Shown piece by piece: positions 10,960 through 17,823 of a stretch of 64,000 bases of DNA (position 1 is the stretch's first letter; each line of letters opens with the position of its first letter). The translations under genes and the position numbers were made by a program. The notes beneath the pieces were generated by a model that worked only from the letters and a program-made list of their open reading frames with translations, ran no database searches and was not told the DNA's origin. Where the stretch lies: assembly GCA_902799045.1 (NCBI GenBank), contig CADBZH010000011.1, forward strand, positions 118,434 through 182,433, read 5' to 3'. Source of the stretch: an uncultured Eubacteriales bacterium. Lineage in GTDB: Bacteria > Bacillota > Clostridia > Christensenellales > Aristaeellaceae.

Positions 10960-10988
10960 ATTATACCCTATCCGCCCCACAGAATCAA
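10960..10988 (-). promoter_or_regulatory. Candidate sigma-70 promoter of the S10 operon (TTGATT-17-TATAAT)
   Basis: Minus strand has TTGATT (10988-10983), a 17-nt spacer, then TATAAT (10965-10960). This gives a ~280-nt structured leader before rpsJ. Confidence 0.5.
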
Positions 10989-11009
10989 ATTAATTCTGTG
11001 ATTTCAATG

Positions 11010-11489
11010 TTATTTTTTAGCTAAATGCGTTCCAGTGGTTCGGGATTCGTCATATTTACTGCCTTCTACATCAAGAGTCCCTTGTTTTGTAACTTCCACT
11101 TCTTCAATGTCAGCAGACACTCCATTGACACAGTACATGAATAGCTTTCCTTCGCTGACAATGCCCATCATTATCACACTCAATTCATTCCGTTTGATAA
11201 TCTCCTTTGCATATTGAATGTCGCCTGGTGACAAGCTGTTCACTTTTGGTGGATGAGAATGTACTATACCCCGGAAAGTTATTCCTTCTCGCTTCCATTT
11301 TCCAACAATCTGCTGTATCTGATTGCTGAAACGGCAACCAAATCGTGTGGAGTATGCCTTAAAATCCTTCTCAAAAGCATCAATACCGTCTTCATATGTT
11401 GAACCAATAATGCCACACGTCTCGACCTCGAAGTACTCCAGGGATGCTATTATTGAATCGAAAACACTATCGCAAATTGTAATCTTCAT
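11010..11489 (-). CDS. JAB/MPN (JAMM) metallopeptidase-domain protein, orphan, in an AT-rich cassette
   Basis: EVETCGIIG glutamate motif plus an exact HxHx7Sx2D (HSHPPKVNSLSPGD). ~35-40% GC against >60% in the flanks. Start is uncertain (ATG 11489 or 11522, neither with a clear SD). Confidence 0.8.
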   Translation of the reverse strand: MKITICDSVFDSIIASLEYFEVETCGIIGSTYEDGIDAFEKDFKAYSTRFGCRFSNQIQQIVGKWKREGITFRGIVHSHPPKVNSLSPGDIQYAKEIIKRNELSVIMMGIVSEGKLFMYCVNGVSADIEEVEVTKQGTLDVEGSKYDESRTTGTHLAKK

Positions 11490-11501
11490 ATTTAGATAGA
11501 T

Positions 11502-11550
11502 GGGGCTGTGAAACAAAAGCATTTGAAAAGTGCTTGAGCTTCACAGCCCC
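11502..11550. repeat. Nested hairpin at the GC/AT composition boundary (GGGGCTGTGAA ... TTCACAGCCCC, inner AAGCA/TGCTT)
   Basis: 11-bp perfect outer arms read directly. Lies between the PIN toxin stop and the JAB start, so it may be the terminator of the TA operon. Confidence 0.6.
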
Positions 11551-11565
11551 TTCATCTACCATTTA

Positions 11566-11955
11566 TCACATATAGCGTTCATAGAACTCCGCCACGGTCA
11601 GCACGATCTCATCTCTGGGAAAGTGCTGGCCGTTGCCCGTCACCAGGGGCGCGTGACAGTATCGGGCCACCTCGTAGAACTTGCGGTCCGATTCGTCGGT
11701 GAAAGGCATGTCTGTAATCGGCGGCGCGACCACAGAAAAACCCTGCTTCAAAAGCGGCTCCAGCAGCGCGCTAACTTCCCATTTCTGAAAGCGAAACTTG
11801 GGATAGCGCAGTACCCGCCGGTATTCCTCCACGATACGGAAGTCATAGCACAGGTTGAAGCGGCCCGCGATGGCCGCGCTGACGATGGCTCCCGGCTTGC
11901 GCCCAGGCGACCACAGCGCCGAAACGAGCACATTGGTGTCCAGCACGACGTTCAT
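11566..11955 (-). CDS. PIN-domain toxin (PIN_3/VapC-like)
   Basis: 129 aa, MNVVLDTNVLVSAL... acidic PIN N-terminal motif; 4-nt overlap with the upstream antitoxin. Confidence 0.85.
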   Translation of the reverse strand: MNVVLDTNVLVSALWSPGRKPGAIVSAAIAGRFNLCYDFRIVEEYRRVLRYPKFRFQKWEVSALLEPLLKQGFSVVAPPITDMPFTDESDRKFYEVARYCHAPLVTGNGQHFPRDEIVLTVAEFYERYM

Positions 11956-12233
11956 GGTGTCTCCGTCCCCCGCGCCTCGGCAATCGCCGCCTCGATCTCG
12001 TCATCCGTCATGAAGCCCTCCGCGGCAGCCCGACCGCGCATATTGTTGAAGGCGGCCATAGCCCGCGCCTGACGCACAGCCTGTACAGTCTCATCGAAGC
12101 CGCCTTCCGGAATCTCAATCATCAACGCGGCGGGCTTGCCGTTGTTGGTGATTACGACCTCGCCCCCACGCGCCAGGCTTTCCCACACTGCCTTGGACTC
12201 CGTCCGGAAGTCTCTCACTGAGTAGAACTCCAT
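11952..12233 (-). CDS. Phd/YefM-type antitoxin
   Basis: MEFYSVRDFRTESKAVWESL...VVITNNGKPAALMI. Start chosen at ATG 12233, 8 nt after GGGAGG. The track ORF start (12254) sits inside the predicted -10. Confidence 0.8.
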   Translation of the reverse strand: MEFYSVRDFRTESKAVWESLARGGEVVITNNGKPAALMIEIPEGGFDETVQAVRQARAMAAFNNMRGRAAAEGFMTDDEIEAAIAEARGTETP

Positions 12234-12253
12234 GTACATCGCCTCCCATATCA

Positions 12254-12282
12254 ATGATACACGATTGTGTCCGTTTTGTCAA
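12254..12282 (-). promoter_or_regulatory. Candidate TA promoter TTGACA-17-TATCAT overlapping a short ACAC/GTGT palindrome
   Basis: Minus strand TTGACA at 12282-12277 and TATCAT at 12259-12254, read directly. Confidence 0.5.
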
Positions 12283-12334
12283 CGTTTCATGTTAACAGTC
12301 GCGCATTTTTCTATGTTAAACCGCTCAAACCCGG

Positions 12335-12363
12335 TAGACAAAACCAGCGCGCAGGTATATAAT
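12335..12363 (+). promoter_or_regulatory. Candidate promoter of the RND gene (TAGACA-17-TATAAT)
   Basis: TAGACA 12335-12340 and TATAAT 12358-12363, in an AT-rich spacer. Confidence 0.4.
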
Positions 12364-12471
12364 TGAAGATATTACGAAAATGCTACAAATGTTTATATAC
12401 GATTCACAATTAGCTGTCATAATAGCTGTAACTGTGAGTTTCCAGACAGAGCGCAAAACGGGAGGCGCGGC

Positions 12472-15400
12472 ATGTTTTCCAAATTCAGCGTCAAAAAGCC
12501 CTACACCGTCATCGTGGGCATCATACTGGTCATCGTGCTGGGCTACATCTCCTTCACGAAGATGACCACCGACCTGCTCCCCAGCATGAACCTGCCCTAC
12601 GTGGTGGTCTACACCAGCTATGTCGGCGCGACGCCGGAGCAGGTGGAATCAGAGGTCACGCGGCCCATGGAGGCCGCCGTCGCCACGCTGACGGACGTCA
12701 AGAAGATCACGTCCTCCTCCCGGGACAACGTCTCCGTCGTCATCATGCAGTTCAACGACGGCGCGAACATGGACACCGCCCTCATCGAATTGAATTCCCG
12801 CCTGGAGCAGCTGCGCGGCGGCTGGGACGACGCCGTCGGCGCGCCCGTGGCCCTGAAGCTGAACCCGGACATGCTGCCCGTGGCGATCCTCTCCGTCTCC
12901 CGGGACGACATGGACATCCTCGCCCTCTCCGAATACGTGGAGGACGAGCTCGTCCCCTCCTTTGAATCGCTGAACGGCGTGGCCTCGGCCAGCGCCTCCG
13001 GCGTCATCGAGCAGCGGGTGGATGTGGTCATCGAACAGAGCCGCATCGACGTGCTCAACAGCGCCATCCTTCGCGACGTGGACGCCGAGCTTGCCGACGT
13101 GGAGCAGGAGCTAAACGACGCCCAGGCCCAGCTGTCCGACGGCAAGCGCCAGCTGGCCCGCGCCCGCCGAACGGCCTTCCAACAGATCGACGACGCCCTG
13201 AACGCCATCGACCAGGGCGAGCAGCAGATCCAGCCCGCCATCGACCAGCTCACCGCCAAGCGCGCCGAGCTGCAGGCCCAGCGCGACCAGCTGGCCCAGG
13301 CCGTCGCGAGCATGGAAGCCCTCGTCAACATGGATGACAACCAGCGCGCCGCTCTCGTTCAGACCCAGCAGGCGCTCGCCGCCCTCAAGCAGCAGCAGTC
13401 GGCGCTCCAGCAGCAGCTGGACGCCCTCGAGGCCACCGGCGAAAGCGATGCCCTCAAGGCCGCCCGCTCCGACCTGGAAAAGCAGGTCGAAGAGCTCACC
13501 CAGCAGCGCGACGCCCAGAAGCAGTACCTCGACGACCTCGCCCTGCTCAGCACCGACGCCCTTCGCGGAGAAATCGAGGGCCTGGAGGCCAGCGTCGCCG
13601 AAAACGAAGGCGCTCTCTCCGACGCCCAGGCCGAGCTCACCCGGATGCAGGGCGAAAAGGCTTCCCTGGAGCGGCGCGTCGCCGAGCTGGAGGCCCTGAT
13701 CCGCGAGGCCGAGGGCACACCCACCGAAGCGCCCTCCGAGGAACCCACGGAAGCGCCCTCCGGGGAGCCCACTGAAGCGCCCTCCGGGGAACCCACGGAA
13801 GCGCCCTCCGAAGAACCCACGGAAGTGCCCTCCGGGGAACCCACCGAAGCGCCCTCCGGGGAACCCACGGAAGCGCCCTCCGAGGAACCCACCGAAGCGC
13901 CCTCCGAAGAACCCACGGAGCAGCCCTCCGAAGCGCCTGCCGGGGAAAACGACGAAAACGCCGATCCCGCGGCCGCCGGCCTCGAAGCCACCCCCAGCCC
14001 GGAGGCGACGCCCGAGCCCACCGACACCCCCGCGCCCGACGCCCTCGCCCTGTTCCCGTTCGCCGCGGCCCAGGCCGAGGAGAGCGACCTGAGCAGCCTG
14101 CGCAGCCAGCTCGACCAGGCCAGGCAGGATCTGGCCGACCTGAACGCCGCCATCGACAGCCAGACCGGCAGCGTCGACGCCCTCAGCCAGACTCTCGCCG
14201 CCGACCGCCAGCGCCTCGCCGCCCGGCAGCAGGCCCTGGCCACGCTGACGGGTGAAAACGAGGACATCGCCTCCCGCCAGGCCGAGGCCCAGCGCCAGGT
14301 CGAAGCCCTCGACGCGCGCATCAGCGCCCTCGGCGAAGAGCTGGACCAGCTGAACGCCTCAACCGCCGACACCGAGGCCCTGCGCCAGCAGTCCGCCGCG
14401 CTCCAGGCCCAGATCGACGCCATCGAAAACTCCGATACCTACAAGGCCGCCGCCCTCGCGTCGGATCCCGAGGCGCTGAACGCCCAGTACACCGAGGCCC
14501 AGGCGGGCCTGGCCCAGCTGGACGCCGGCATTGCCCAGATCGACGGCACGCTCGACAAGCTGAAGAAGGGCATCATCCCCGCCGGCTACATCGACGGCAT
14601 CGACGAGGACACCAAGCTCTCCGACGCCCGCACGCAGCTGGAGGCCGCCCGCAAGCAGGCCGAGAGCGCCTTCTCCAACGCCTCCCAGAAGCTGCGCGAC
14701 GGCGAGGCGGAGCTGGCCAAGGCCCGCAAGGAATTCAACGAAAAGCGCGACGAGGCCCTGGAAAACGCCGGCCTCGACGGCGTCATCACGATGCAGATGG
14801 TCTCCGGCCTCATCGGCGCCCAGAACTTTTCCATGCCCGCGGGCTACGTCTATGACGCCGAAAACGAGCAGGTGCTGGTGCGCGTGGGCGACAAGTTCGA
14901 CACGCTGGACGCCCTGCGCCGCATGAAGCTGTTCGAGCTCGGCCTCGATTCCATCGACGAGGTGCGCCTGCTGGACGTGGCCAGCGTGGAGCTGACCGAC
15001 AACCGCGACGAGGTGTTCACCAAGCTGAACGGCGCGGACGGCATCCTGCTGTCCCTGGACAAGCAGTCCACCTATTCCACCGCCGACGTGGCCAAGACCA
15101 TCCTCGCCCGGGCGGACGCGCTGATGGCCGAAGACCCGAACCTGCACATCGTCGACCTGATGAACCAGGGCGAGTACATCGACATCATCGTCAGCTCCGT
15201 GCTGAACAACCTGCTCACCGGCGGCGGCCTGGCGATCCTGATCCTGCTGCTGTTCCTGATGGACTTCCGGCCCACCGTCACCGTGGCCTTCTCCATCCCC
15301 ATCAGCGTGGTCATCGCCTTCGTGTGCATGTATTTCTCCGGCATCACGCTGAACGTGCTGTCGCTGAGCGGCCTGAGCCTGGGCATCGGCATGCTGGTGG

Positions 15401-17562
15401 ACAACTCCATCGTCGCCATCGAAAACATCTACCGCCTGCACGACGAGGAGGGCGTGCCCCTGCTGCGCGCCTGCGTGGAGGGCGTGAAGTCCGTCTCCGG
15501 CGCGCTGTTCGCCTCGACGCTGACCACCATCTGTGTGTTCCTGCCCATCGTGTTCGTGCAGGGCATGGCCCGCGACCTGTTCGCGGACATGGGCCTCACC
15601 ATCGCCTTCTCGCTGCTGGCCTCGCTGCTGGTGGCCATGACGGTGGTGCCCGCCATGTGCTCGTTCCTGATGCGCCACTCCAAGCCCCACAGGCATCGCG
15701 TCTTCGGCGCGATCCAGCGCTTCTACACTTCGCTGCTGCGCGGGGCCCTGAAGGCGAAGCCGCTGGTGCTGCTGGCGGCGCTGGCGCTGCTGGCCTTCGC
15801 GGCGATGCAGGTGCCGAAGATGGGCATCTCCTTCATGCCGCAGGTCAACTCCCGCCAGATGAGCGCCGACCTCGCCTTCGCCCCGGAGATGACCGACGAC
15901 GACCAGAAGGCGCAGGCCATGGCCATCATGGACGGCATGATGGCGGTGGAAGGCGTGGAGTCCGTCGGCCTGATGGGCGGCAGCGGCGGCATGCTCTCCG
16001 GCCTGTCCGGCGGCAGCGGCATGAGCTATTACATCATGGTGGACGAATCGTCCGGCCGCAGGAACGTCGACATCGCCTCGGAGATCAGCGCCATCGGCGA
16101 ACGCCTCGGCGCGGACCTGTCCGTCCAGGCCAGCACCATGGACATCTCCATGATGACCGGCAGCGGCATCTCCGTGGAGATCACCGGCGACGACATCGAA
16201 ACCCTGCAGTCCATCGCGCTGGACGTGGCGGAGATCGCCCGCGGCACCGAGGGCGTCATCGACGTGGAAGACGGCCTGGAGGACGCCGTGCCGGAGCTGC
16301 GCATCGAGGTGGACAAGGAAAAGGCCATCGAAAACGGGCTGACCACCGCCCAGGTGTTCCAGTTCGTCGCCCAGAAGGTCACCGGGCGCACGGAGATCAC
16401 CCAGGTCACCTTCGACGGCCGGGAATACGGCGTCTTCGTGGCCGACGGCGCCAACGCCGACCTGCGCCCGGAGGACCTGGAGGACCTGGAGATCGAGGTG
16501 GACGGCGAGGAGGAAAACAAGCTGGTGCGCGTGGGCGACGTGGCCGACATCCGTCAGACCAGCAGCCTCTCCACCATCAACCGCGCCAGCCAGCGCCGCA
16601 ACGTGACGGTCACCTTCGGCGTGGCCGACGGCTACAGCGCCAACCATGTCAGCGATGCCTTCGAGGCCCGGCTGAAGGACTATGACGTGCCCGCCGGCTA
16701 CAACGTCACCCTCGGCGGCGAAAACGAGACCGTCATGGCCATCATGCAGGATCTGATCTGGATGGTCCTGGTGGCGATCCTGCTGATCTTCCTGATCATG
16801 GTCGCACAGTTCCAGAGCTTCAAGTCGCCCATCATCGTCATGTTCACGATCCCGCTGGCCTTCACCGGCGGATTGCTTGCCCTGCTGCTCACCGGCATGG
16901 ACCTGTCCATCGTCAGCATGCTGGGCTTCCTGGTGCTCTCCGGCGTGGTGGTGAACAACGGCATCGTGTTCATCGACTGCGTGAACCAGCTGCGCATCGG
17001 CGGCATGGAAAAGAAGGAGGCCCTCATCGAGACGGGCCGCATCCGCCTGCGCCCGATCCTGATGACAGCCCTGACCACCATCCTCGGCATGTCCACCATG
17101 GCCCTCGGCCAGGGCACCGGCGCGGAGATGATGCAGCCCATGGCCGTGGTCTCCATCGGCGGCCTCACCTACGCCACGCTGATGACGCTGTTCGTGGTGC
17201 CCGTGCTCTACGACCTCGTCAACGGCAAGACCATGAAGGCCCGCGAGATCCAGATGATCAAGGAAGCCGCCGGCATGACCGACGACTCCGTGCTGGACGG
17301 CGAGGACCGCATCGATGCCGAAGCCCCGACGGAGCCCGCGCCCGCCGCGGAAGCCCCCGTAGTGGAAGCCCCAGCGGAACCCGCGCCCGCCGCGGAAGCC
17401 CCCGTAGTGGAAGCCCCGACGGAGCCCGTGCCCGCCGCGGAAGTCCCCGCCGCGGAAATCCCGACTGAGCCCGCGCCCGCCGCGGAAGTCCCCGCCCTCT
17501 CGCCCGATTTCAGCTACACGACCCCGTCCAGGCCCCTGCGGATCAAGCTTGGCAAGCGGTAG
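12472..17562 (+). CDS. RND (AcrB/SwrC-like) efflux permease with a giant coiled-coil insertion and a repeat-rich C-terminal tail
   Basis: N-terminus (TM1 plus first porter-like region) and the C-terminal ~790 aa (multiple TM helices, second large loop) resemble the AcrB/AcrD/AcrF family. 1696 aa against ~1000-1100 typical. SD GGGAGG lies 7 nt before the ATG. Confidence 0.85.
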   Translation: MFSKFSVKKPYTVIVGIILVIVLGYISFTKMTTDLLPSMNLPYVVVYTSYVGATPEQVESEVTRPMEAAVATLTDVKKITSSSRDNVSVVIMQFNDGANMDTALIELNSRLEQLRGGWDDAVGAPVALKLNPDMLPVAILSVSRDDMDILALSEYVEDELVPSFESLNGVASASASGVIEQRVDVVIEQSRIDVLNSAILRDVDAELADVEQELNDAQAQLSDGKRQLARARRTAFQQIDDALNAIDQGEQQIQPAIDQLTAKRAELQAQRDQLAQAVASMEALVNMDDNQRAALVQTQQALAALKQQQSALQQQLDALEATGESDALKAARSDLEKQVEELTQQRDAQKQYLDDLALLSTDALRGEIEGLEASVAENEGALSDAQAELTRMQGEKASLERRVAELEALIREAEGTPTEAPSEEPTEAPSGEPTEAPSGEPTEAPSEEPTEVPSGEPTEAPSGEPTEAPSEEPTEAPSEEPTEQPSEAPAGENDENADPAAAGLEATPSPEATPEPTDTPAPDALALFPFAAAQAEESDLSSLRSQLDQARQDLADLNAAIDSQTGSVDALSQTLAADRQRLAARQQALATLTGENEDIASRQAEAQRQVEALDARISALGEELDQLNASTADTEALRQQSAALQAQIDAIENSDTYKAAALASDPEALNAQYTEAQAGLAQLDAGIAQIDGTLDKLKKGIIPAGYIDGIDEDTKLSDARTQLEAARKQAESAFSNASQKLRDGEAELAKARKEFNEKRDEALENAGLDGVITMQMVSGLIGAQNFSMPAGYVYDAENEQVLVRVGDKFDTLDALRRMKLFELGLDSIDEVRLLDVASVELTDNRDEVFTKLNGADGILLSLDKQSTYSTADVAKTILARADALMAEDPNLHIVDLMNQGEYIDIIVSSVLNNLLTGGGLAILILLLFLMDFRPTVTVAFSIPISVVIAFVCMYFSGITLNVLSLSGLSLGIGMLVDNSIVAIENIYRLHDEEGVPLLRACVEGVKSVSGALFASTLTTICVFLPIVFVQGMARDLFADMGLTIAFSLLASLLVAMTVVPAMCSFLMRHSKPHRHRVFGAIQRFYTSLLRGALKAKPLVLLAALALLAFAAMQVPKMGISFMPQVNSRQMSADLAFAPEMTDDDQKAQAMAIMDGMMAVEGVESVGLMGGSGGMLSGLSGGSGMSYYIMVDESSGRRNVDIASEISAIGERLGADLSVQASTMDISMMTGSGISVEITGDDIETLQSIALDVAEIARGTEGVIDVEDGLEDAVPELRIEVDKEKAIENGLTTAQVFQFVAQKVTGRTEITQVTFDGREYGVFVADGANADLRPEDLEDLEIEVDGEEENKLVRVGDVADIRQTSSLSTINRASQRRNVTVTFGVADGYSANHVSDAFEARLKDYDVPAGYNVTLGGENETVMAIMQDLIWMVLVAILLIFLIMVAQFQSFKSPIIVMFTIPLAFTGGLLALLLTGMDLSIVSMLGFLVLSGVVVNNGIVFIDCVNQLRIGGMEKKEALIETGRIRLRPILMTALTTILGMSTMALGQGTGAEMMQPMAVVSIGGLTYATLMTLFVVPVLYDLVNGKTMKAREIQMIKEAAGMTDDSVLDGEDRIDAEAPTEPAPAAEAPVVEAPAEPAPAAEAPVVEAPTEPVPAAEVPAAEIPTEPAPAAEVPALSPDFSYTTPSRPLRIKLGKR
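13720..13935 (+). repeat. 9 x 24-bp in-frame tandem repeat encoding PTEAPS(E/G)E
   Basis: Units read directly (cccac[c/g]gaagcgccctcc[g/a][g/a]gga[a/g]); aa 417-488 of the RND protein. Confidence 0.95.
17320..17499 (+). repeat. 4 x 45-bp in-frame tandem repeat encoding EAP(T/A)EPAPAAEAPVV in the RND C-terminal tail
   Basis: Direct reading of nucleotide and protein repeats. Confidence 0.9.
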
Positions 17563-17597
17563 TTCAAACACAACCCCACGACAGATACGCAATGGCA

Positions 17598-17743
17598 GGG
17601 GCGCCGTTGCGCCGCCCGCCCAAAACAAGACCCGGATTGCCACGTCGGGACATTTCATGTCCCTCGTCGCAATGACGTGTTCGATCAGGAATCGTCGTAC
17701 GTCATTGCGAGGAGAACCCGAAGGGTTCGACGTGGCAATCCGG
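17598..17743. repeat. Composite palindromic element: GC hairpin (A) plus an inverted pair of B units (CCGGATTGCCACGTCG...CGCAATGAC / GTCATTGCGAGG...GACGTGGCAATCCGG)
   Basis: A 17598-17621; B(-) 17632-17677; B(+) 17701-17743. The same architecture recurs at 38177-38298, 43410-43544 and 48510-48641, with a single B unit at 24144-24183. Confidence 0.9.
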
Positions 17744-17823
17744 TCTCTTCTCTATTTGCAAAATGTGACACTTCCTGCAGGCAGTTGCGCCGCCCCCGCA
17801 AAAGCGCGGCAGCCGCTATCCCT

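Noticed and set aside
10674-10961. The 198-aa form of rpsJ from the ORF track
   Set aside because: The 96 extra N-terminal residues have no S10 similarity. The conserved S10 start [10 protein letters not shown] has an AGGAGG SD at the right distance.
10975-11555. The JAB cassette as an integron cassette, IS or prophage remnant
   Set aside because: No integrase, transposase, attC-like R'/R'' cores or clear target-site duplication can be seen in the window. Only the composition shift and flanking hairpins are supported.
11566-12233. The Phd/PIN pair as a novel system
   Set aside because: It is a canonical type II toxin-antitoxin organisation: a 4-nt overlap and a promoter with a small palindrome.
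13720-13935. A regular 24-bp repeat array that could superficially suggest a CRISPR
   Set aside because: The units are contiguous with no spacers, are in frame inside the RND ORF and encode PTEAPS(E/G)E. No cas genes are present.
14359-17658. Very long antisense or alternate-frame ORFs (14359-17658 minus, 52881-57167 minus, 38076-41360 plus, 17677-19863 plus, 19876-22104 plus, 41499-43475 minus, and others)
   Set aside because: They lie opposite or out of frame to genes with clear family motifs. Their products are low-complexity R/G/A/H/P/D-rich strings. They lack SD-supported starts. This is the expected stop-codon-poor artefact of high-GC DNA.
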